A stretch of DNA of 64,000 nt, taken from assembly GCA_051362555.1 (NCBI GenBank), contig CM120645.1, forward strand, positions 2,046,001 to 2,110,000, given 5' to 3'. Position 1 is the first letter of the stretch. The number at the start of each line of letters is the position of its first letter. This stretch comes from Lingula anatina (Eukaryota; Animalia; Brachiopoda). The position numbers were made by a program, and so were the translations under genes. Under the pieces are notes generated by a model, which did no database searches, was not told the origin of the DNA, and worked only from the letters and a program-made list of their open reading frames with translations. Positions 1 to 13,600 of the stretch are shown piece after piece.

Positions 1-377
1 AAAATATTACGTTTCACACCGGACAATGGGTGTCACTGATGTTGCTGATTAAAAATTAAATTCAGAGTTCTGCTTAGTTTGAATTCATGGAGGTATTTCC
101 ATGTGTCTGTTTGTCCATCTGTTTGTCTACTGCAGAGCAGTGGATAAAAAGATTTATCAAGGCACATCAATGCACCAGGATATACCAAAATTCATTAGTA
201 AGACATGTCATGAACCAGGCAGGAAATTTATAGAGTTCATTGATCATGCTGAAGTGAAAGAATTTTCAGGTTCTGTTTACCATAATGCCATTGTATGATA
301 AACACAGATCCTATACTGATAGCGTCAGGTTATCATGTATAAATATCACAGCATGGTCTCCCCATGTTTTATGACAG

Positions 378-3300
378 GCGGCGACTGAGGGTCGACTGCA
401 TGTAGATATGGCAGCAGCACAGCAGTTTCAACAACAACAACAGCAACATTTACAACAACAACAACTGCCACAACAACAACAAGAAACACAGCCAGAGGTT
501 GAGGGTTCTGAACAGGTTCTACAGCATCATCTTCTGAACCTTGACGGAGAATCCACGTCAACTCCTGTACAAAGGTAGGCAGGACCCCAGTATTTTTTGT
601 TAATTTGGTCATCAATGATTTATCAACTTGCTTTCGAGATGCATGTTTCTAATTTAATTTTTGACATTTTTTTGCTCTGATAGGGTTGGACTAATCTGTT
701 GTACTAACATTTGGATGAGATATGTGGGAAAACTTCTAAGAAGTATAAGGCTTATAATGTATTTAAAAAAAACAACGTTTTGTAAAGGGTAGAATAATTA
801 TTAGCATAGTTGGGGCATAATTGTTGCTCAGATTCAAAAACCTGTTTTCTTTTCCTTTTCCTTCTGTCAAATGTTTATATGAAAATGGCAAAATCTATTC
901 TAGAAAAATGGAGTATACACATTTGTTAACATCAAACATGGTCTTGTTTACCTTGTTACCTTCCATATTTCTGTTTGCGTGGTGTATAACTTTATATAAT
1001 ACTAATGCTCAAATGATTGGTTTTCCCCCTGAGGTTTTCCTTGACCAAAATGATATGACGTCCTAGCTGTTTCTTTGTGATAAACTAGACAAATTTTAGT
1101 TTTTCTTTTCAGTTTTTTTGTTTTCATCTTTAATTTCAGCAACTCTTGAGATTCTCACCAAAACTAGTTTTGGAATAATATTTCACAGACATGAATGATT
1201 GGTTGCAGTATTTTTGATATGATAAGATCAAACACAGTAAAAATATTTAATTGATTCTTGTAGTAAATCTGATCTGCATGGGGTGTGGTAGTGGTGATAA
1301 GGGTGTGGAGAAGGTCAATTTACTGGCACAATCAAATTTGATTTATTTTCTGATTGTTTGAAAATATTATAATTTTGTGTGCAAGAAGAATAAAGTAAGC
1401 ATGAAAAGTATACCTGGTTTATTTATCTTTCTGAGAACATGGACAATGTTTTGACTTGTGCTACCGTGGTTGCCGCCATAGTATCTCTCTGCCCTTAAGA
1501 TGTTTGCTATTATTTTAAAAGTGTCAGAAAATAGATTATTCTTATGCAGTGCAATATTGCTGAGCAAAGCGGTTTTATGTTTCATAAAATTAATTTAGAT
1601 CACTTGTTGAAAAATTTGGAAACCTTCATTAGTCTTTTTTTCCTCTGGAGACACATGCACTTATGAGCTTATATGCAGGAAGACACTTACTTGAAAACTT
1701 GTAAAAAGATTTTAGAAGATTGACAAGGAAACACTTTAACTCATCCCAAAATAGTATAAGAAGTGGTCCTTTTGCTATGGCAGCAACCCAAAGCATGGCG
1801 TGTTTCTGTCATAATGCTGTCGATCCATTTACAGAATGCATGTTGGCAATGAGCAACAGCAACGACGTCCCTCTCTAGTCAGGTAAGTCCACGTACGATG
1901 CCTTACGTCACACACCACCGTCATCCTCATCAGCATCGTCATCATCTTCCTCATCATCATCATCTCTTCCCTGATCACTTCATACCGCCACACCCACTGC
2001 CACTGTGGCTTCCAGTTCCCATTCACTGGTGATTTGCATGCTGTGTGGATTTCCTCTCTCATATTCTTGCTTGTGCCTCTGTCCATTCCACAACCAAAAT
2101 CTGTCATACTGACCTGTGTTTTTTCTCACGGTTGCCATTTTGCAGTGATATCGAAGGTGGTCAAGCAGGGGAGAAGTCCGTGAAGAAGAAGTCAAGGACG
2201 AAGCGTAGGAAGACGCAGGATCGGCTGGTGCGGGTGACCATCCTGAACATCGAGGAGCAGGAGGAAGGCAACCTGGTGGAATGTCTGCTGGAAGTGGCCA
2301 AGGAGAAGCAGGTCACCTTTAAGTTTGATATCAGTGAGGATGGACCTGGGGACATTGCTGAGAACTTGGTAAGGTGGTTTTTATACAGGGTACTGACACT
2401 GTCTGTGAGCTTGACGCTTTGGTTTTGTTGCAAGGTGGAAAAATAAGCAAGATCTTAAAAGATTTCCCTTTAGATTAGTTAGGGGCGGATCCAGAGATAT
2501 TTTCTGACAGTCTTTCAAATTATCTTTGTTGATCCAACCTCTATTTTTGACCGTCTTCTGACAGAAAAAATAAGATTCCTGCCAATGTAAACTCAAAAAT
2601 TCTGACCATCTGCCAGAAGACGTTGTTTTGTCTGCCCCTGCATGTTAAAAAAATTTTTTGTAACTTTCATGTTTTAAATTTTCACATAACTTCCCTGTTT
2701 TAATTATTAATAAAACTCCTCCCACCCCCCTCTTCAGATGATCCGCCAGCTTCTCCAGGCCCAGCACAAGGAGTTGTTTCAGGACCAGATGGGGGAGGTG
2801 ATAGCCCTGGTCAAGGCCAATCCCAAACTGCTGGAGCTGGGTGGTCATGTCTGTGTCCCCCATACCACGGATAACACTCCTGTGACCAGCCCCAGGAGCT
2901 CTAGGAAACAGATGGCACCCCAGGAACAACAGGCATTGCAGAGAGAGGGAGAGTCCAATAGAGTGAGTACAGCCGTGTGATAAAACCTGGTTTGTTTGTA
3001 CACTTGAGGTTAATTTCTATAATCCTTTTTTTTCCATATAATAAACTGTTGTTCTGTAACTTGCCAGACTAAGTTATCGTTAAGAATAATATGAAATTCT
3101 GCCTTTTGCGAGTACATTTTCTCCTTTATCAAAAATTCAAGTGGTTGGAATCTCTGAATAATAGGCTAATGAATCGTGACAATTGATTTCTGATTTCCAG
3201 AAACTGATGTTTGACAACATGTCGGAGGCTCCCATGCAGCCAGGGACATCAGTGGACTATGATGAGCCGCGTTTCTTTCTTCCCAGAACACCCTCTGGCT

Positions 3301-4574
3301 CTTCCTTGGCCTCTGGTGCCAACACTCCTGCTCTGAATGTTACAGGGAAGGGGAATGGGCCTTCAGGTAGGTATTATAAAGATGAGGTTTGCAACTTTAA
3401 GGTATAAAGTATGGTTTGTAAGATTTGAATGGAAAATATATGATGGTAACATTTTTCTGGTGGTTTTGACAGTTTGTTATGTTTAGCAATGGCTGCTTCC
3501 AAACAGATGCCTGTAGACATCAGTTGGGTTTAATTCCAATTTCAGTAGATTGTGGCTCCATTTTTTTAAGAATGTTCAGATTTTTGCCTGGATTCTGATG
3601 ACAACGACTGAATAAGTCTCTTTTACGCCTTGTCCCAAAGTCATTATCATCCCAGTAGATTCAGTGCCCAGTAGTATATCCCTAATGTCTGTATATTTTA
3701 GGTGGAGTAGTGGCAGGTGGAACCACGGTTTTTGCAGGCACCAAATCTGTTGCTGCTAGTGCTCCTGTACTCGTTGGCACTGGTCAGCAGGCCACAGCAG
3801 TCAGTGGTTTGACCACTGGTGACCAGGCCAGCTCAACAGCGAGTGTTCCTGCTGCGATGGTAAGTACTGGTCAGCCAGCAGGTGGAGCCACTGCCGTCCA
3901 GGCTGGCGGTGGTAAGGTACAAACTGGAGGGCAACCAATGGCGGCAGCAATGACGACATCCACAGAGGACGGGATTCCCAAGAGCGAGGATCCTCTCACA
4001 AAGAGTTGGCCTACTGATCAGTTACAAGAGGCTACCAGACAAACGTACAGTAGAATGGTATCAGCCCCTGGAGAGGACTTGACTGCCGCTGCTCAGCCGA
4101 CTGCCTCTGTCCCCCTGCATCTGAATGATCTCAAGGAACAGTTAGACAAGCTGAATCAGAAACAAAAGCCAGTGCCAGCAGAACAGCAGGGAGAGGTGAG
4201 AATTTCATTGATTTTATGCAAAGTTTTGTCATGTCTTAACAGTTAAATGATTTGAATCTGCAAAACTCAAAACTAGGTTCTTTTTGACAGAGTTATGTTT
4301 ATGGCGTTTCTTGTTGTTACAGATCTTATGGGTAAATGTTAATGGTAAGCTGAAATCAGTAGATACACCCCAGGTAGCACCTTTTAGAATGACAGTATCT
4401 AAGGCAAATTATGTTACTTTCTCTAAAATTGACATCATAAACTGTGTAAGGAATATGTGTTGTGTTTTGCCAAGTGATAATTATGCTGTATGTTGTTATG
4501 ATAGAGCCAAGCCAAAGTGGACAGTGATGCCTCCCTGGCCGCAGTATCTGAGGACAAGATCACAGCAAGGTGAG

Positions 4575-4627
<53 letters not shown>

Positions 4628-7600
4628 TGGTCCTTATTTTGAAATTACTACCCAAAAGTTGATGACCATGTCTTGTTACTTGTGTGACTTGATATTAAAA
4701 TAAAAAAAGATATTTTGAAACATCACACTTCTAAGATAGGTCCTAGATGTGTCCTTTTCACTGTGCATAGTTATGTCAAATATAAAATAATTACATATTC
4801 TGGAATATCTTTGATACTGAAGCTAAGAAAATTTGTATGGAAAAAAATGCAGCAGTATCCAACTTTTGATTTATATTAAGTTATTAAAGAAATTTCAAGT
4901 GCAACATCAGCAGTGAAATATTATTTGTGACGTACATACTTTCTCCTTCCAGCAGTGACAGTGAGAGTCCAGCCCTCACGGGGGACAAAGGCCCCAGTCG
5001 CCAGCTGTCCAAAACCAAGCGGAAGAGGACACAGGACCGACTGCCAGTGTTGACCGTCCTCACGTATCAGTCCACTGACCAGGGACGGGTGGTGGAGTGT
5101 CAGCTGGACGGGGCAAAGTCCAGGATGGTCACTTTCACTTTCGATATCGACGTGGACAAGCCTGAAGATATTGTTGAGAATATGGTAGGTGTCAGTGTGT
5201 GTGTGCGCCTGCAGAAGTGTCATAGCTGGTCTACTTTATTATGAAACTGCTTCTGTGCTGTTAGACATGTGTAGGCAGTAGTTTTGATTTATTTTTAAGA
5301 CCAGTTTACTTAAAGAAGCTGGAGTCTTCACACTTAATCACAAATAAAATGATTTTTGTTTCCATCTCTGACCCATTTATGAATCATAAACCATGGTGTT
5401 ACCTATTTCCAGTGTTCAGGCAGCTTTCTCTTGCCTATTCACAAAGACTACTTTATGGAGCAGCTGGAGGAAGTGATCAAGATCATGACCACCAACCCGC
5501 AGGCCCTGGATGCCGGCTCCTTCACCGTGCCTCAGCTTAAAGAGACCACGCCTGCCACCAGTCCCAGCCTCTCCAGGAAGGGGTCTGCTGCCGCTGACAG
5601 TGATGTGGAGGCTAGAAAGGTAGGGCTTATGGTTAGCATTTTCAAATGTACAAACATTTTGTTTCTCTGAACCCCAATTTTCAAGCATTTTCTTCTTCTC
5701 CTACAATAGTGATGGGCCATATGCAATGGTTTTTGATGTATAGGTGAAATACTGAACAACATATCTTGATTATGGAGAAAAATATTAGCAGATAATAATT
5801 CAAAGTGATTGATTCTCCAGAGATCAGATACATCAGAGGTCCACAGGGCAGCCCCTTGCTCAGCAACTGAACCAGTTACCGTGCCAACAGATTATGAAGC
5901 CTCTGGGGTGATGACCCGATCAGCTACTGCCAATGGGTTGTCCCAGGCCGACACCGTGCAGGCCCCCCCTGCTGGTGGGAAGGAAGACCCAGAGACAGGG
6001 ACGGGGTTCCAGAGAACCTCCTCTGCTCCTGGGGAGCCTGCCGCCTTTGTGCCCGAGGGTTTGCACAAGCTGAACCAGCAGCTGACCCAGCTTTCACAGA
6101 GGAAGACTCCTGCAAAGGTGCAAGAGCAACAACCAGAAGGTCAAGGTCAGGCAGCAGGCCAGGGTCAAGGTCAGATAGAAGGTCAAGGTCAAGCAGCACA
6201 GACTCAGCAACCAGGCATGGCAATGGTACAGAATGCGCAGTATTTTCAACAGCAGCCGGCTTTGGTTCAACAACAACAGACACAGCAACAACAACAACAA
6301 CTACAACAGCAGCAACAACAGCAACAGACAGCTCCAAAGCAAGTGCAACATCCACCGCAAGGTCAGCCACAACAACCTGTACAAACACAACAGGCCCAGC
6401 AAGCCAAGCAGCCAGCACCAGCTCAACAACCAAAGGTGGCAGCACCAACACAAACAGCCCCAGGAGGAGCTCATCCCCAGTTTCTCCCCCCCTACGTGTA
6501 CCCTCTGGCGCCCCAGCAGCAGCAGCAGTGGCTGCAGTACCAGCAGATGATGAACCAACAGGGGTATCCTATGCAGCAGTACTATGGCCCACCTTTCTAC
6601 CCACCTTGGTATCCACCTCTACAGGTAACACTACACCTGGTTATATTGTATACATATATAATCTAGCTCTATTTAAATCATGATAATTTTATGAAGTATT
6701 TTGTAATTGTTGAAATTATCTTTTGATGTTTTAAATATTGTTTAAAAGTAAGTTTTGCTTGGTAGCAGAGTTCATAAAGTTTAGTATACATTTTAAAAAA
6801 TTCTACAAGATTTTTTTTTCATTAATAAGATAATCACAGCAAATTGGATTGTTGGAATTGATTCTTCATTAAACATATTTATTTCTCTATGTTTTAACTG
6901 CTTATTTTACTCTGCAGTTTTGCATGAAGTGCTCTGTGTTAGCTTTTTTCTCTTGAAAAATTGTATGCTTCTATCTTGTTTCTGAATTATATATATTTTT
7001 ATTTAAAAAAATATAAAGAGCTGGTAAAAACTTTTTTAAATGTAACCATATGTTGTTCAGTTATAATATGTTATTTATTTTATTTTTATTTTTCATTTGC
7101 ATGAATTCATGATACTTAAAAACTTCTCTTTCCATCTTAATATCATATTTAATACTGTGTCTTTAAAAAAATGTCTCTGTACTTTGTCAAGTCTTTTTAT
7201 TTGTAATTTCAAGTTTTGTTTTGTTTTGGTCTTTCCTGTTTGTGATGTGTACATTTTCAGGGTCAGAAATCATATTCTTCAGTGCTTATTAATGCGTTGC
7301 AATTATACTGATCCCAAAAAGGGCCTTGATTGTTCTTCAATATGTGAGACCAGTTTGAATTCAAATTTAATGTTAAAACTGAAGAAGATGATTTGTGCTA
7401 TTGTGCCTCTTTTTAAAGCGCCTTGTGATATTCTCTAATTGTGTCTAATTGTACTCTTCTATTTCAGTATTTCCTGTTCTCTTTTGATTGCCTAACGTGA
7501 CTCTTTTACTCTTTCAGTGTTGTTGACTAACTTTTAACTGTGCTTTCTCTTTTTTCTTCTTTTTTATGTTTTTCCTACCTGTAAAGGGCCAACCTCAACA

Positions 7601-10600
7601 ATACTTGTACCAGAATGCATATGTTGCCAATTATCTTCAGCAGATGATGCCATTCATGCAGATGCAGGGACAGATGCCTCAGCAACAGCAGATGGCAGCC
7701 CTGCCATACCAGCAACAAATGGGTCAAGGTCAGGTGCAAGGTCAAGGTTCACACCCTCAGTCTCCTGTAGGAACCCCAAGGAAGAACACCGGTGGTGCGG
7801 ATGAAGGTGTCATCACCACTCAACCCCAGGGACTTGATTCTGCAGTGGTGGATCTGCTCCCCTTGACTCCCTCCAGACAGCGCAGGATGATAGGCCTACA
7901 GCAGCTGGAGCAACAGTTGATAGAGAAACTCTACCCTGGAACCAAAGTGGCCCATGGGTTCCAGACCTCCCCTCCACCAGCAGGAGCTGTGAATGCGCCA
8001 CCAGGGCACTTGCTCCTCACACAGCCGTTGTTCCCTCCCCCGCTGCTGCCTGGGTCGCTGGAAGCCTCTGCGGGTGCTGTTGTGCCCTCTGCCACCTCCT
8101 CTGGTGCTGGTGTTGGAGGAGAAATGGGAGCACTTCCTCTTCCTTTGTCTTCAATAACCAGAGAGAAGAGTCCGGATGTTTCTGGTCAGGATGACAAACC
8201 AGCAGAAGGTTCCTTGCCAGGGGAAGTGCCCACAACAGTTCCCAGCAGTAAACAAGGAGAGACAGAGCAACCTGCGTCCACAGAGGCTCCTACAACAGAG
8301 GCACCAGTTCCTGCAGCAAGAGAGAAAGTTGCTGCTCCTCCAAAGAGGAAGCTGTCTAGGTTTTCAGTGAAGAAGGTGGACAACGATCCACTGAAGGCAA
8401 TACAGAGAACAGAAAGTGAGCCAGCAATGCCAGCCCGTCCCATGGATAGTCCAGCAGATGCCAAGCCAGCGACCGAGACAGTGCCCTCTACTGGTGGGAA
8501 AGGTCATCAACAAAGTACACAGCAAGCCCGGAGAAAGGGGCGTTTCAGTGTGACGACAACCAAGGACGCTGTGGCCCAGTCTGCGGCCCCTTCACATACT
8601 CCACCGCCGTCTCCCAGTCCAGTGACAGAGACACTGCCCACTACCACTACTAAATCTATAGACAGTTCTGCTTCTACTACCACTGTTATTACTACTAAAC
8701 CTGCTGAAGGGGCATTGGTAGATAATAGTAACACAGCAACTTCTGATGTAGAACTGAGTGTGAAGACAGATGTTGGTGATAAACCCCCACCACCAACAAC
8801 AACAGCAACAACAGCCCCAGCAGCTGGTGGTGGATTGAGAGATGTAAGTAGCACAGAGCACCTGCAGACTGTTAGTAACACTGTCACCAGTATAGGGCAG
8901 GAGAGTGGTTTGGGAAGTAGCGGGGCCTCCTCTCCCGTGGGAGACTTTCTTGAACACGAACATGAACATGACAGGCATTATGACACCTTGCCGCCAGTGG
9001 TGGCAAACTTGATCGCTGCCGACCTACGGCGCCATTCTCTGCCCGAGGTGCTCTCTAACAGCATGTCTTCTTTACCTGGTAGTGGTAGCACTGTTTTGAG
9101 TTCCACTAGTTCTAGTAGTCATCACATCTCCCCTCACAGACCCCCTCTCCATCCTAAAGTCAGCCACCTCCGAGCTCAGAGTGCTGGCAATGTGGCTTTC
9201 CCCCTGAAACCTTCACAACAACAACAGCAACAAATACAACAATTTCTACAACAACAACAGCAATTACAGCAGCAGCAGGGTCCTGTAACCTCCTCTGTGA
9301 GTGGCTTTGGTGTTGTGCCCGGTGGTGTGAAGCATGCTTATGTTCTGAGTGACGGTCAGTACCAGAGTGACCACCCTGACCCGACCACAGCTGGACTAAA
9401 GAAGACTCCCGTAACAGCTGACCCTGGCTTGAAGGTACCAACTGTTCTCTTGAGCACTACTAGTGACACTTGTTCCACTGCTACCATTGTTGTATCACCT
9501 CATTGTAACATTGCTGCTGCTGCTGCTACTACTAGTGTCATTAACCCTGATCACCAAATTCAGATCCATGAAGCCACCTCGCCTGAGGAACTAGCCAAAG
9601 GGTTGCACGTGGATGATGCTCTTATTAATACATTGTCACCCCAGCTTAACTACATATTTCATCATGACCATGACCATGCTAACCAACCTAACCAGCTACT
9701 AACTGTCAGTGAATCGTCAGGGCGCAGACGCTCTTTGTCTGTTAACTGCTGCATGGAGACATGCAGTCCACCCTCTCCACCTACACTAACACGCAGGGAG
9801 TACGCCGGGTCTTCCCCTTCACTTTACGATGAAACAGACTCTTATCCTTCATTTATAAACTACAAAACCAGGTCCACGCCCCAGTCCCCGACACCAACCC
9901 GTTACGGACATAGCTCTTTCCAGTTTCCACCAAACTTGCCCTTGGAATATGACCAGACTGCCTCTAAATTATACCCTCAGCGATCCCCAAGTCCGAATCC
10001 TCGGCTGAGTCCCAAACCATCCTCCGCCTTCACTCATAACTGGCCTAAACTCGGAAACCCTCCCAGTCGCCCCCAAGATTTCAGTGAACAGCAGTCGGTG
10101 TATAGACCTCGGAGAGGGTCTGTCCCAGAGCCGAGTAGTCCTTTAGTCCACAGGGACCACAGTCGTCCCTCTGACTGCAGGGACACCTTTCACTCCAGTC
10201 CTGTGGACTCCAGAGACAGCCGTAGTCATTATGACTATGGGTTCACTTCCTCCTCCTCCTCCTCTTCCTGGCAGGACTACTCCACTACCAAGCCTTTCCT
10301 TGAGGTAGTGCCTGGCTTACAAGGGTTTGGGAATGCGGCCTCTAACTTTGTTGAATTTGGCCATGATGTGGTAAGAGCGACCTAGGAATCCTGCAAAGGT
10401 TGAGGGATGAAGGCTTTGGGTGGGTGGATGTAGGTCTGTCTTCACTGGGATTGTTTGGGACTGGATATTGGTCCAATGTGTTTCATTGAGAATGTGTTTG
10501 ATTAACCAGGGATTTGGTATTTGAGGCACTGTAAGGTGGTTGTACCCCATCCCCCATGCCCCTCCCCTAGGAAAGCCCTTTGGGTCTAAGATATTTCAAT

Positions 10601-13600
10601 TCCTGGTTAATCAACCTGGTTATCAATAACACAAGCTTATTCTACTCTCAATCCAACATAATCTTGCTATAAACAAGCTTTTTTGTGATGTGGGAGCCTT
10701 TGAAGGATAGGACCAGTGGAGATATTAATGTAAAATCAGGATTATCAGTTTTCACAAGTTGTTTTTCACAATCCGAAAGTAGTCTTATATTGAACTAAAA
10801 ATCTTGGCATTTTCTGTTTGTAAGTGTTTCTAAGTAGTACTTTCACAATTCACCTGCAAAAATACTTAAGAATAGTATATATAATATTGCCCAGATATTT
10901 TCATTGTCTTGTGGTCTGGATATGGTCAAGTCCCACGTAGGTACCTTGGCTGCAATATGTTCATTTTGGAAGCCATTGTTTCTTTATTACGCACCATGTT
11001 CATAACTAAAAAGCCAAGTTCCTTAGTTCAAAGTTAACTTTGGCCTTAGTGTTCATTCAGAATTAGCTTGCCCTAAAAGGTCTGTACTAACTTATGAATA
11101 CAACATTGACCATGGACCATTTCTTTGCTGAAATATGGAAACCCATGAAACTCTTCATCCATTTTGCACAGACAACATTTCACCATTTTCAACTTTTGGT
11201 CTACTTTTGAATGCAGTTGATGCAGAACGTGGTAGCATTTTTATCAAATGGTTTATAAGAAGGGAGGGAAGGTAATAAGTAGAATAAACTGATTCTTGAC
11301 AGGATTAGGGTTGATGTTATTTTACCCCCACATCATAGGTAGACATATGTCCGATGATTGCCATTGTGAAATCCTTGCATTCCTCCTGGCAGTAGCTCAG
11401 ATAGATAGAACCCACCACCCCTCTCTGTCGTTTCCCTCAGCCTTGCAGTTGTTCTGTATGATTATTTCATTATTTTATTACTCTTTATTATTTTTGGCTG
11501 TGCTTCTGTGATTTATTTATTAATTATTATCAATTTTGAGCAAAGTTTTGATAGTGTAGATGATTTTGTCTGCATCCAAGCTTTTTTTGATTTTGTCTGC
11601 TGTTATAATGCCTGTGTGATATGAATGTTAAAAGTGCAACAGCCTCTTTAAAAGTGGAAAATAACCAATTGTTGTCACCTGCCTGCTTGTTTGATCAATG
11701 TTGTCTCACAACAAATGCCATATAGAATGTACACACTGAAGGTAACTTAAAAACTAAAATTGAATAACAGTAACCTAGTGTAGATGATCCATGTATTCAC
11801 ATGAAGACGTCGACTATGAAAACGACACTTTCAGAGGACACTTATTGACACAAGGAATTAAATTTGTCAAATTTCATCACATAAACTCTGCATAATTTGT
11901 ATTTTGGTAATTCATCTGTACATGACATATTATTCATGAAAGTTCATACATTGGAAAGTAACTCTGAAAAGCATTTGGTCCATTTACTAGCTAGTGTCTG
12001 TGGCTAATGAATACACCAAAAGCTTGACATGCTTTCATAAGATTATACAGTATGATTAAGTTTAGATTTTCTACCCATCATGACCTGCTATGATTAGCCA
12101 AAAGATATTTATGATGCAAAGCTTTTATTAAAGCCAGTGCTTATTTTAACTGCTAATTATTGTGTATTAAGTAATGAGTGGTAGAGTGGAGCAGGATTAT
12201 TTCTTAGCTGATCAGCATTTGTGTATGATTGTATGGAATATGGGAATAGCTTTAATGAATTGATTTGATTGATTTGATTTTCATAAACAGTCAACTTAAC
12301 AGTACATATGTAATCATTATCTATAACTTAATTGCAGCCTGTGAATATAATTGCATTTTAAAGAAATTTAAAAAATGTAAATGGGCTTGCACTGGTACAG
12401 AATATAAAAATTTGACTTTCGACATAAGCATTTACCTATAACTTAACTGCAGCAAGTGAAAGAAATTGCTTTTCTTGCATTTTAAGGAAATTTAAAAATA
12501 TTCTAATGCTTCACTTAATCCAATTTTTATCAAGCCAATAACGTTAGAAGAACAATTTTAATCTGCCTTAAAAATACTTCCGAAGTGGCCAGTGTTGTGT
12601 GTGTGAGTAGTGCGGGTCCAGACACCTGCCATGGTTTTTCTTAGTAGTCATTAGCAGTTATTTTCAGTAGTCGATGATCAGTTGTGCTAACCATGTGTGT
12701 GTGATTGTCTCCTTTGTCAGGTCCCAGAAAACCCTGGCCAGATCATGAATATGTTGTACCAAGTCCAGTACACCATGGATCCTGAATATCAGCAAATACT
12801 CTCCAGGTGAGACATTACTAAATGTTGTGTTGTTTGGAAAAAAAAAGATGGGATGACCTCTTTGCTTTGGTTTATATGAGAAGGACTCTGCCTTGTTAAA
12901 CAATATATGCAGTTTCTTTTTCTGCTCCTGCTCCTGCTCAACTTTGTTGAAATATCCTGAAAAGATGTGTTTGATTCACAAAGAATGTCATATCATGTAA
13001 TTGTAAAAATATGCAGTTAACTTAAAAATGAATGAAATATTGACAGTGAAAAATGCATTTAGAAATAAACATTAACTGTAAGCTGTAAAAGTGAATGTCC
13101 TCCAGTGAACAGGATTTCTTTATTTGTTACAGACACAAAGCAGAGAGGGACGACCTGATACAGAAACAGACGGGAGAACTGCACGAGTACCACAAACACA
13201 AGATGCAGCTTTTCAAGCTCCAACATCACCAACAGCAGCAGCAGCTTCTCCATCAACAACAACAACAGCAACAGCAGCATCAGGTGGGAGGGGGTGGCAG
13301 GACATCAGACACCCAACAACAACAACAACAAGCACCTGCTGGTACAGTGCCCCAGGCTGCAGAGGGGGCAGAAGTGGAGAGAAGGTCAATAGATATGCCA
13401 GACACCAAAACAGGGGCTTTGTCCCAGCAACAACAACAACAACAACAACAACAGGCTCAACACTTCAATGTTCCTGCAGCCAGTCTTTCCTACCCCCAGC
13501 TCTACCATCCAGCAATGTTCGTCCCACAGCAAGCTTCACTTCACCACCAGATGGAGACACTGATGGAGGGCAAAACCCAGAACGTCGCAGATGACTTTCT

